A stretch of DNA of 64,000 bases from Iphione sp. A-MEVVRFRX5 (taxonomy: Eukaryota), in the NCBI GenBank assembly GCA_976226885.1, contig OZ320316.1, positions 40,610,001 to 40,674,000 of the forward strand. Direction: 5' to 3'. Below are positions 36,906 through 48,500 of this stretch, in pieces (the stretch's first letter is position 1; every line of letters starts with the position of its first letter). A model generated the notes under the pieces. It saw only the letters and a list, made by a program, of their open reading frames with translations. It was not told where the DNA came from and made no database searches. The position numbers and the translations under genes were made by a program.

Positions 36906-39296
36906 TGTAGTATAACGTATCTGTACTATTTCAACATGTACCGCTTGCCCAACTACCTTCTGACTTTTAGTAATAAAGCACTTCCTGTCTCCACCTCCTG
37001 CCTTATCCTACACATTACTACATGGTGGCAGCTATTGGGATTTTTAATAACCTACAGATAATGCATACTACTCATCACCATCAGGACTATTATTGAACAC
37101 TGTCAGGACTCCATTCAACCTAATTTGATAGGAGGATTCCCCTTAAATCTCTGTGAAAAAAGGAACACTGAGCAGCTCACTGAGAACAAAGGACTGACAG
37201 AGCACATGGCCTACACTTGAGTACCAAGCAATTTCTACCATTTTTCTCACTCTCACATGTAATACAGTGTTAAATTTGGTAGCTAGGCTATTTATATTGT
37301 GTGCATATCTGGTGTTTTTGTTGGTACAAGCCGTAATAAGTCTAGGAGAACCCCTACTCAAATTTTTATGCGAGTAGTATAGGGAAAGAGACTGTAGGAT
37401 CAGGCTACAACCACAGTTCACCGTCCCACGAAACCGAAGGATAATGGCAGACGAAGTGACTTGGGCTTGTGAGCGCTTCTCCGAATATGTCACAGGTCTC
37501 TCATTCACAGTTGAGACCGACCATAAGCCACTCGTACCCCTACTCTCGACAAAGGACCTTGCAACGATGCCAGTCCGCATACAGCGCTTCAAAATGCGAC
37601 TCATGAGGTTCAACCCGCAGTTCAAGTATGTGCCGGGGAAAAACCAGATAACAGCAGATGCGCTGTCCCGTGCTCCGAGTGGCCAAGCAACAAAAGAAGA
37701 AGAAGCCTTCATCGAAGAGGTAGAACTGCATACCGAGGCGGCAGTCAAAGTCCTCCCAGCATCATCGCTGAAGCTGCTTGAAATCAGCAAGGCACAGAAG
37801 TCTGATGAAGAGTGTGCTGAGATTAGGGAATACTGCCAGCAAGGATGGCCGACCTACCCACCAAACTCTCCACTCATTCGCCAATACTGGGAGCATCGGG
37901 GTCATCTGACCATCGTTAATGATGTCCTCCTGTACGACGAAAGAATCGTGATTCCAAGGGTGCTGCGTCTGGACACTCTGGACACAATCCATGAGGGACA
38001 CTTGGGCATTACAAAATGCAGGAGCCGTGCAAAAGCCTGTGTTTGGTGGCCAGGCATGTCCAAAAGTATTGAGGACATGGTCTCGAAATGTTTCACATGC
38101 AACAAAGAGAAACCTACTCCAACTGAGACCCTCCGCTCATCATCTTTTCCAACACGACCATGGGAAAGACTCGGAATGGACCTAATGGAAATGAAAGGTA
38201 CCAGCTATCTTGTCGTCGTTGACTACTACTCACGATGGCTTGAGGTGAAGAAGTTGGATGGCCAAACATCAGTGTCTGTCATCACGCAGCTGAAGTCCAT
38301 CTTTGCGTGTCACGGTATCCCAGAGATCGTGATATCTGACAATGGACCCCAGTTCAGCTCTGATGCCTTTCGCCTATTCGTAGAAGAGTACGGAATCGTC
38401 CATACGACCAGTTCCCCTAGATATCCACAGGCGAACGGGGAAGCCGAGCGGGCAGTACGGACAGCGAAGCAACTCCTGAAAAAGAACAGTGATCCGTACT
38501 TAGCCCTACTCTCTTACAGGGCAGCCCCACTTCAAAATGGACTATCTCCAAGTGAGCTGCTCATGGTCCGAGCACTTCGCACACGTCTACCGACTCTGCC
38601 AACTACTCTAGTACCTGGGGTAAAAACCCAAAAGATGCAGCAACTAACCAAGAAAGAAGAACGATACCGCAATGACCAAGAGATCAAGTTCAATGCACGT
38701 CACCGAGCTCGCGACCTTCCACCACTCCAGTCTGGTGACTCAGTATGGATCCGTGACCAAGATCGTCATGGCCAGGTTGTGAATCGTGCGAGTAGCCCAC
38801 GGTCATACGTGGTCCAGACCAGTGAGGGGACTGTGCGGCGAAACCGATCAGCACTGGTATCAAAAGAGACAGCTCCAAGTAGCCCTCAGCCAACTACCAC
38901 CAGGGCTGAACCAAGGGAGAAAAGTACTCCTCCCGTAACTGTATCCCAAGAGAGCCCGGCCACTGGGAGAGAAACGACTACCCAAGTCTCTCACTATGGC
39001 CGAGCCGTGAAAGTTCCAAAAAGACTAGATCTCTAACTCTATGGATATCCGTCAGCTTTTCAAAAAGAACATACAGACTGTAATTCCTAAATGAAATTCA
39101 TTAACATTTAAGTCACGAAAGCTAATCACAGACTTTAGAAATATTCGTACCATTATCTAAATTGAGTTAAAAAGGGAGATGTAGTATAACGTATCTGTAC
39201 TATTTCAACATGTACCGCTTGCCCAACTACCTTCTGACTTTTAGTAATAAAGCACTTCCTGTCTCCACCTCCTGCCTTATCCTACACATTACTACA
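36906..39296 (+). mobile_element. Young, internally deleted Ty3/Gypsy LTR retrotransposon (2391 bp)
   Basis: Two identical 117-bp TG...CA LTRs at 36906-37022 and 39180-39296. 5-bp TSD tccac at 36901-36905 and 39297-39301. PBS tggtggcagc at 37023-37032, complementary to a tRNA-Leu(AAG/TAG)-type 3' end. PPT aaaaagggaga at 39169-39179. Confidence 0.95.
37444..39036 (+). CDS. Gypsy pol fragment: C-terminal half of RNase H plus complete integrase (HHCC, D,D35E, C-terminal SH3-like region), 530 aa
   Basis: Uninterrupted ORF with VTWACERF..ETDHKPL..ADALSR (RNase H), HEGHLG...CFTC (zinc finger), GMDL / SDNGPQF / NGEAE with 35 residues between D and E. No gag, protease or RT motifs occur between the LTRs. 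Confidence 0.93.
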   Translation: MADEVTWACERFSEYVTGLSFTVETDHKPLVPLLSTKDLATMPVRIQRFKMRLMRFNPQFKYVPGKNQITADALSRAPSGQATKEEEAFIEEVELHTEAAVKVLPASSLKLLEISKAQKSDEECAEIREYCQQGWPTYPPNSPLIRQYWEHRGHLTIVNDVLLYDERIVIPRVLRLDTLDTIHEGHLGITKCRSRAKACVWWPGMSKSIEDMVSKCFTCNKEKPTPTETLRSSSFPTRPWERLGMDLMEMKGTSYLVVVDYYSRWLEVKKLDGQTSVSVITQLKSIFACHGIPEIVISDNGPQFSSDAFRLFVEEYGIVHTTSSPRYPQANGEAERAVRTAKQLLKKNSDPYLALLSYRAAPLQNGLSPSELLMVRALRTRLPTLPTTLVPGVKTQKMQQLTKKEERYRNDQEIKFNARHRARDLPPLQSGDSVWIRDQDRHGQVVNRASSPRSYVVQTSEGTVRRNRSALVSKETAPSSPQPTTTRAEPREKSTPPVTVSQESPATGRETTTQVSHYGRAVKVPKRLDL

Positions 39297-42084
39297 TCCA
39301 CAAGCAACAAGCAAGCCAGACCCTCATAAACGTAAAGACAACACAGCGCAGAGCGACTAACATAGGTTCAAAGTCAAATACAGATGCGCGAAACGATTAT
39401 ATAACAGCAATATGTAGGCCACCACCTCCTAAAGGAAGAGACAACATAGTGCAGAGTGACTAACATAGGTTCAAAGTCAAATACACACATGCGAAATGAT
39501 TACATAAGAGCAACAAGCAGGCCAGACCCTCCTAAAGGAAGAGACAAGACAGCGCAGAGTGACTAACATTTCGAACAATTTAGGTGGAAACAGGGATCAT
39601 TCGGATTTGGAATTTCCTCTGTATATGTACTATGGCCTTGACATTGGTGAAATACCTAAAGAATATGAAATTGTAAGATTTATCTACATTTTTGGCTTTT
39701 TTTAGGATACCAAACTTAAATATCATAAAATCTGAAAAAATAGTACCTTAGCTTCCCAACAGTAGTTCATTGGCATCTCTGTGATGTAAAGAACGGAAAT
39801 GGTGGCTAATAGATCATACATAAGGTAGCACAAAGTGGCATGCTGTTGGAATAGTGATGGGAATCTCAGCAGGGTGCTTACTTCCAGGTCTGCAATATTG
39901 CCCTTTATGGGCTTAAATAAGTGGCAGCTGGAACATGTGAATCATTTTTTGCCACACCTTGCTGATAACTGTCTCTTCTCCTGCGCTTGGGCTGTTTACC
40001 AATTATATAGTTATTGCAAGTAAATGTATCAGCTTAGTAACTGATAATATTACAAGTCCCCTAAATGATGAAAGTCCTGATCAATAAAATGTTAATGTAA
40101 GATGATAAAGACAATGATGAGAACAGATTTAAAAGAAAAAGTTAAAAGAAAAAAAAGTAAAAATCCTGAAAATGAAATGAAAGCAAATCTTTAAAAAAAG
40201 ATAAGAAAAGCTAAAAAAACAACAAATATTCAAGCTACTGAGATCATGGGGTAATGAACTTTGTCCTATATTCTCTTTATCTATGAGTGGACCCCCTATA
40301 TTTCATTTTAATGAAAAGTAAGTTATAGGAATAGTGTGAAAAGGCTGTTGCAATAAAAGAAAGAAAAAAAAACAATACAAAAATTACATTTTTAAAGTGA
40401 CGAAACAGTGTGGGTCAAAGTAGTCCCAACACCTAAGTAATTTTGACCCACGCAAAATCAAATGCAGCTCCCATAACTGTAACATTTAAATCAAACCTAG
40501 TTTAAATAGTCCTGTCAAGCGGTTCAATATTAGTACAAATGATTGCCCAATTTAAAGCAAACTGTTCAAACAAAATAATTTTTTTTTTTAAATGGGTCAA
40601 AGTAGCCCTGGTTTTCGGTACTGGTATTACAGACTCTCTTGCCTTTGACAGCTATGAAATCAGTAATACAAAGTTAGATTTACCATTTATTTAGCTTTGA
40701 ATGTACCTTTACCTGGAGGTCCTCTTTTCTGTCATAAGAACAACCATTCGTTCCTTTATCCTCTTTGGTCGATGGAACGGCCACCTGTCTGGAACCTCGA
40801 AATCGCTGGGTGCTCCTGCTGCCATCTATTATATCTTAGTGACGATACATAACGGAACCGGAATACTGATCTAAGGCAGTGCGCGAGTCCATTATCATAT
40901 GTAGGTATGTAATTTCATTGAATTGATGACACTGCACACTTATTTTGTTAAATGAAATGTTGGCTTGTTAACCTTTACTTTAAAATAATATACAAATCTC
41001 GATAGATTAGTTTTATAAAAAGTTGTTGATGGGAAATTACAAATATGATGTCATTCAGGTAATCTGCATCCCTATGTGGACGATACCAAGTTGGTTTCCC
41101 TACAACACAGTGAGTGGGGGCCGAATGAAAATAAAATGAAAATAGAGCGCTATGTGATTGAGGTGTGAACTGAAGACGTATTGGGTCATCTTAAAAGGTA
41201 AGGAATTAAGTGTGTTACATACAGTACGCACATGCAGTTTGAATCTGTATTAAAGACGCGAGTAACATGATTCTTCGAAGTACTGGTTGAATGGGATGCA
41301 CTCAACCCGTAATGAGAATGATCCAATGGCAGTGTCACTGTTGTCGTGATATCATAGTAGTGCCATGTTGTGATCCTTGTAACTAATCATCTTGCTTTCT
41401 CACAAGTGATACAATCCACGTTAGTCATGATCATTACGATTATGTGCTATTCTCTTGGTTGATATGGGTTTTGTTTTGTTTTAGGACTAGCCCCACTGGG
41501 GGTGGGGCATTTCACACATTGTCATTCTTTTGTTTTAAGCCAGTGAAAATCTAATACTCTCATCATGACAGGGTCACTGCCAACACAGGGGTGGGTAGGA
41601 GTAGGGCATTTTACTGTCTACATGTATTTACGGCGATTCTTGAATTGTGCTTTAGTTATGATTTCAATACTGCACAAAATATTTTCCATTAGAAATGTAT
41701 GATTTGTAAACTCAGATTCTGATTCTCCTCGTCTTGATCTCATCTTCCTGTCACTGTCTCTGCACTTGATTCCGACAACTTTTTGTTGAAAGGTCCTGAA
41801 TGCCTCTCTGGTTTACCTTAAATCTATTACCAGATATAAATGTTTTGAATACACCTTACTGGACAGTAGCAGAAGTTGATCATTTTCATTAAAGGGGGGG
41901 GGCGGCTTATATTGACCAAGATGGCTCGTATGTACCATAAATCAAATATAACAGGCATATAAATTTAGATTTTGGATCACCAGTTCCCGTAAAACACATG
42001 TAATTCCATGACTCAGTTGGTATTGCTTCATGTTCACTATTACCCTTACGTCTGCCTGACTACTACCACCAACTTCTACTTATG

Positions 42085-42131
<47 letters not shown>

Positions 42132-42238
42132 ACTCACTCACTCGCTCACTCGCTCGGTCACTCTAAATGACATCAGGATACCCTGGGGCTTAGAGAGCGA
42201 AAGAGTGGGAGAGCAAGAGGGAGAGATTGAAAGGGAGG
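42085..42238. repeat. (CT)n/(CACT)n and GA-rich microsatellite before a gap
   Basis: Direct reading of the sequence. Confidence 0.85.
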
Positions 42239-42372
42239 NNNNNNNNNNNNNNNNNNNNNNNNNNNNNNNNNNNNNNNNNNNNNNNNNNNNNNNNNNNNNN
42301 NNNNNNNNNNNNNNNNNNNNNNNNNNNNNNNNNNNNNNNNNNNNNNNNNNNNNNNNNNNNNNNNNNNNNNNN
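42239..42372. other. Assembly gap
   Basis: Run of N. Confidence 0.99.
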
Positions 42373-42596
42373 ACTTTTTCCCAAAACAAATATCTTATCC
42401 TTTTCATAGATGCTTTTGTTTTATGCTACTATCAAATGCGTTATGGTTGTATATTCAGATACAATGTTTATTTTCAGACCAAGTTGAAATTTGGCATTGG
42501 TATGCCTGTTTGAAATCACTTCTTTTTCTCTCCGTAGACTGATTATTTAAAGTAAAATCTGCTTTTAAATCCTGTCTACCTTGTCTCATAGAGCCT

Positions 42597-45500
42597 ATGA
42601 TGCACGGGCATGAAGAGGATGGAGATGAGAACCCTGACCCTGCACACCGTCCTGAGCCAGGAGGCTCCTGTGGAAAGCCCACCCACAAACGCTCTAAGAG
42701 CAAGTCCAAGGTATGGGAGAAGGTGGCTTGGTTCACTCGCAAGTCATCATCGTCATCCTCATCTAGGGCAGCATCTTCCCGTGACGTGTCATCAGAGGGT
42801 GCAGCAGTGGCTGACCCCGACCTTGCAGCATTGCCTATTGATGTGATGGAGCTCGATTTGGTGCCATCTGAGTCATCCACTGACCCCTGTCCCACGTTTA
42901 ATGGGAGCGGGGCATCCAGTGACAGTGAGCCTTATGAGGATGTCTCATTTGATGGTGCTGGCTATGTGAAACGCTCGAGACTGTACCCTAATAGTGAGGT
43001 GGTGGAGCAAAACTGCCTGCGGCCCAGCATGGCTCGTGCACTGTTCCACCAGCTAGAAGCAGTCAACCACCGCACAGGTAGGGCACCCAAGTGTGCATGG
43101 ATGACCAAGAAGAAGACCAAGCACACAAATAGTGGAGTAGGCAGGAGGGACAGTTTTCATGGCGGCAGTGTCCTCAATGTATTAGATGCTGAAGAGTCAC
43201 TGGCCCGTGCTCTGTCTATGCCTAGTGAGATGGCAGAGCGCAGTGCTTGTTGCCACTGTGCAGCCTGCTGCAGCTGCACACCCAGTCAGAGACTAATGGG
43301 GGCCTGCCCCGCCTATGCACGCTTGAGTATGTCAACGGCCAGCCTTGATACAGGATTAGACTTGAGCTTAGAAGATGCTATTGTCATCTGCACCAAACCC
43401 ACTCCAGCTTATAACACAGAGCAGGTAGTTTCAAGTAACAGCAGCAAGGAACAACCGGACCCACAACAACAGCAAACGACATCATCTCGGAAGATTCAGA
43501 GTCAATTCGTGCTTGATTTCAATCAGTTTAAGAGTAACAGCCTACCAACTTCTTATAACAAAAGGTGTAGAATGTGCGACCAACCGCAAGCCCCCAAATC
43601 CCACCTCCCCTCCACTGGAAGAGCCCATCAGCTCATGGACAGGAGTCTTCTAGCAACTACATATGAGGGCATTACTGGGAGCAGTGGGGGATTCTGTCAG
43701 TGTAAGAAGAAAACAATGAAGCGTATGTCATGTCAAGGGAGTGAGGGCTTAGTGCCTGGAGGCCGTCAGGATCACTCTCCACTATTACAGGACGGGGTCA
43801 GCACATCAGAGTTCAAGTCACGAAGAGAAGTATGTCCCCGACTTAAAGATTGTAACTAGAAGAGACTCGAGCTGTTCTTTCAGTGTGAATTTAGACATCT
43901 AGTCAATTCACCATATAGTCGAATGTAATATGACTCATAGTAAAGAATGTTTAGAAATACATGTGCATTGTACTATTTTTCTTTATGTTGGGCAGATATT
44001 CCGTCAGTGGTTCAGTGAGTTTAATGATGAGCAGAAGAATCTCATTTTAAAGGATATTTTGGTAAGTTCCAACTTCAAAGATTTCATCTGATGCAACTTA
44101 ATTCTAATGCAAAAGAGGAATACGTTTAATCATCGACTTGGGGGCTTTATTATGAACTGCAGTAGAAAGTGTTTCATTTTTGCTGATAATTTTCCTGTAA
44201 AGCTACAGTTACAATCACAGTGAACACATTAATTCCCGGGGGAGCACGAATTATGAACACTAGAGTTAAACAACACACCTAGTATGTTTATAATGATCAA
44301 AGTGAAAAATCACAGGCTTTTTCTCTCCTTCCCCAAATAGGCTAGAAATATTTGTGGCAACAGTAGTGAACAGTAGAAATTAAGGTTTCATTGTACAGGT
44401 AATTTTTCTTGCAAGCTAAATCAAACAACTTTCCGTAGGGGTTTTTAGTATCTGGGGTTATTTACGTTTCAGGCGGATTGTGAGTTACCACAAATGCACC
44501 TGCTCTCGATGGCTGTGGAGCCGCGGTTACACGAGGGCTGTCCTCCTAACTGTCAGGACCTCCTCACCTGGCTGCCACAGAGTACAGCTGTGCAAATACT
44601 AGGCTACCTGGATGCCGGTAAGAAAACATAACACAAAGCAGTTAAACTTGCTTCATCACTGCAAAGATGGATGTTCGTATAGTAGATGGTACATGTATAC
44701 ATATTTAGGTATATACAGCTTAGTTGAAGCAAAGGTGAAGATTGTACTTGGACTCACCATGTTGACCACAAAGTAGTTCTCCACCCTCCTTACTGAAATC
44801 AAGTTATTTTTGCGAAGGGACCATTCAATCATTTACGAGTTTTGTCTTAATTTTGATGATAATGGTAGCATTATAGCTTGGAAACGTTAAACTCAAGTGA
44901 CTGTCTTTAGAGACCATAATTAAAAGCAGATTACCAAGATACTGAACCGAAGCATTATTTTACCGAAAAGAACTGTCCTTTGACATTGACAATCACTCAC
45001 ACTCTCTTGCAGTGAGCCTATGTCGTGCCTCAGGTGTGTGTCGCAGTTGGTATGGCCTAGCCACTGACACAGGCCTGTGGCGCCGCTTCTGTTGCCAGCC
45101 CAAGTGGCGACTGTCACCAGCAGGAGAACAAAAACAGCTTATTCAGCACATGATGCCAAATGGCAACATCCATGTGAGTTTCGTAGCCTCACGCCTTGAC
45201 GCTTTCTCTTCCAATTGTAACTTAAATTTGTTCTGAGTTGTGAAGTTGTAACTGCACCACATGCAGTCACCAGGAAAAACTTGTCTGTTGCTTCAAAGGA
45301 GTATGACTAGCTATGCCTGTTTATTTACTTTTATGGTTTTCTGTATTAAATGTTGGCTGAAACATCAGTACACGTAAAATATTTCCCGTATAAAAAAGTC
45401 CCTTTTTATTAAATCAGTAAGTGGATATGGTCTCTTAATTAAATTTGAACAAAATGGAATTTAACTTTTGTTGTTTTTTTTTCCCAGTGGAAACGTGTTT

Positions 45501-48500
45501 TTGCCGAGCGATACAGACTACGCAATAACTGGCTTAAGGGAAAGTGCAATGTTCGAACATTTGAAGGTCACACACAAGGTAATAATGACAATAACTATTG
45601 CAGGAGAAGCAACCAGCATGTTTTTCTGGTTTAGCTCGGTCATAGATTCATAAATACTGTCCGTCACATTGTTTATAATATGAAGACGAGTATTTTACTC
45701 TGTTTAGTACGCATATACGGGTAAACCTCTCAACGAGGTAGCTTTATTCCAAGAAAGCACTTCGTTGTCAGAAACTTGATTAACAGATGTACAATGAATA
45801 AGCATTGATGAGTTATGTATAATCTGACATTGCTACTTTTTGTACTTTGTAAGAAAGAAGCTTTGTTTTCAGACGTTTCGTTAAGGAAAGTATACATATA
45901 TATATATATGTGTGTGTGTAACAGGTTTACCAAGAATAATGTAAGTTTAGCAGCAAGTGATTTGCAGTCTTGAAGTGGACTTACATTAAGTGGAATAATA
46001 CCTGTCTATATTCAGTCTTTAGGGTCACCTAAGAACATTCTGATTGTAAAATTGAAATTAAAGTTTCTATTATTTTAATCGTTCTCTGCTGTAGGGATAT
46101 CGTGTGTTCAGTTTGATGATACCCGCATCGTAAGTGGTTCTTCAGATAAAACAATAAAGGTGAGTCGATACATGTACATGTATTCAGAAGAGAAAATATA
46201 AAACAGGTATGCATCTGTATCATGATATCGACAACACGATGTATGTACATGTATCTACATAATTGTAGTGTTAACATCCAAGTTCCCTTAGGTTTTATAA
46301 TGTTTCTTTAAACATATATATACATTTCCAAGAGTGGGGAGGAATGCATGGATAGCTATGAACAATATTCAACAATCTTTTTAACATGTACCGCAGGTCC
46401 GTAAAGGAGTAGTCTTTTGCTATGTTTTTTTTTTCATGCTATAACCTCTTAAACTTCTGTATTCAGAGTGTTTATTTGTGAACCCTTAAGCCATTTCCGT
46501 AAGTTGTATTTAGGTATGGAACATTCGGACCAACACACCATGGTCGGTGCAGACACTTGTAGGACACTCAGGAACTGTCCGCTGCCTTCACCTGGAAGGG
46601 AACCGCCTGGTCAGTGGATCAACTGACAAGACAATCAAGGTAGTGTTGTAGCTTGGGCTTTTAGTCGTTCTTGTTAGGATAACTAAGTGAAGTGTACTAT
46701 GCCATATATGTTTTGACGACATGAGACCAAGCATCGACTCATGATGCTACCGTGAAGTACGAAAGACTAATATATTTGTACCCGTACTAGTATCAGTGGG
46801 CAGAGAAACCATGTGCAGTCATATCCCACTCTGCGGGCACTCCAGAATTGACGGAACTGAGGTATGCACAGTCGAAGACCGTTTTACCAATACATAAATG
46901 TTTAATGAACAACCATGATGTCGAAATCTCAATGGACTATAGGTTATGTAAGAAAGGATCGTCCTATTTGACAAAAAATGTCAAACTGTGCGTTTAGACA
47001 GGGTTCTTATCACTGATGGATGGGAGTTAGTCGAGAGACAGCAAAGTGTGCCCTCCTGTTACTTAAGCGACTATATAGAAGCAACATTTCTGTAAGTGAT
47101 CTACAACAGGAACCTAGTACGGTGTGGTTTAGGTGGTTGACTCCATCTAGTCCTAATTTAGATAGAAAGGACATCAAAATTAACTGTCTTGCCTCCTGTT
47201 AACTACTAACATCCTGCAGTCCAGTGAGGTATAAAAAACATACAAAAAATACATTTGATTATAGAATAATCTTGCCACGGGGACCTTTTTTCTTTTGTGA
47301 ATATGTAATCTTTTCGGTGTTTTAATTATTCTTCAGGGTTAGTATCTGTAGCACTTTCAGAAACAATGTCCGTGAGACATAACACTTGTTCTTTGTGTAA
47401 CTAGCCCATATTACTGCTGTAATTTCAGGTCTGGGACTTGTCTACACAGCAAAGCTGGTCTAGTATAGCGTGTAAAGTCACTATGATCGGCCACTTGGAC
47501 ACAGTGCGATGCTTACAGGTGAGTGTATATGGGGTGTTGTGGAGAAGTGCGGGTCTGTTTAGTCCCAAACTACCGGTCATCATGTAAACTAAGAAGACAT
47601 TTTGTTTTATATTGTTCTATATACATATGTATGCATGTACATAAGCGTGTAATCCGCGTTTCCCCATTGTTGTTAATGTGTGAACAGTAGCAGTTTTGAG
47701 ACGAAATGATGTAAGGGCTGAACTGTGCGTTGCTTGTATATTTGTTAGTGGTCCTATTTACGTATCATTATATCTATATGAATTCTTCCTGATCGAACCG
47801 AAAACCACTGATTACTATGTGAGAAGTTTCCTCATGTGGGAGGTACAGGGGAACTAACTGTTGTGTAAATATACGTTTAAATGTAAGTATGACATACTAC
47901 CTGCTCTCTTCTCAGGTTGATGATGAGAAGGTAATCAGCGGGTCTTATGACTGCACTCTAAAGGTGTGGGATGTCCGCACTGGCCAGTGCCGAATGACTC
48001 TCAGGTAAAATATATTCAAGTCACTTGATGACCTATGGGTTCTCTTTTAAAAAGGTGCTAGATGGCAATTACATGTACATGTGAAGTGTGCATTACCTTT
48101 ATTTATTTTGGCTAGATGACTTTTATGGTGATTCCCATTTATATTGACTAAAGATATGGTGTCCCTGCGTTTCTTTGCAAAAATATTCTTAAATTTTGTA
48201 TGTGACCATCAGACCTTTGGCATAAGGCATTTTACAAGGGCAAGGCGTTTTCATCCCTGGTCCTAGGATCGTAATCTATATATCAGATGGTTGACTCATG
48301 GTTTACATTTCGTACTCCAGAGGCCATGATGCTGCCGTGTTGTGTGTTCAGTTTGATGATAGCAAGATTGTGTCAGGATCCTGCGATAAAACTATAAAGG
48401 TAAGATAACTCGACAGAACTTGAAACCAAGCAGTACATATACTCCTACATGACCGTCTTGTTCAATTCTTCTCCCTCCCATCTTGCTATACTTAGTATTG

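Larger units (their letters stand above)
36715..39621. mobile_element. TA-flanked pogo/Tc1-type MITE (about 510 bp) interrupted by the LTR element
   Basis: 22-bp TIRs cagagggaagtcgaaatccgaa / ttcggatttggaatttcctctg (19/22 match), with TA on both sides. An internal degenerate repeat of about 115 bp lies at 39310-39570. Confidence 0.7.

Noticed and set aside
46738-46862. Intronic C/D snoRNA candidate (atgatgc...ctga)
   Set aside because: The C box is imperfect, there is no terminal stem, and no guide target could be recognised.
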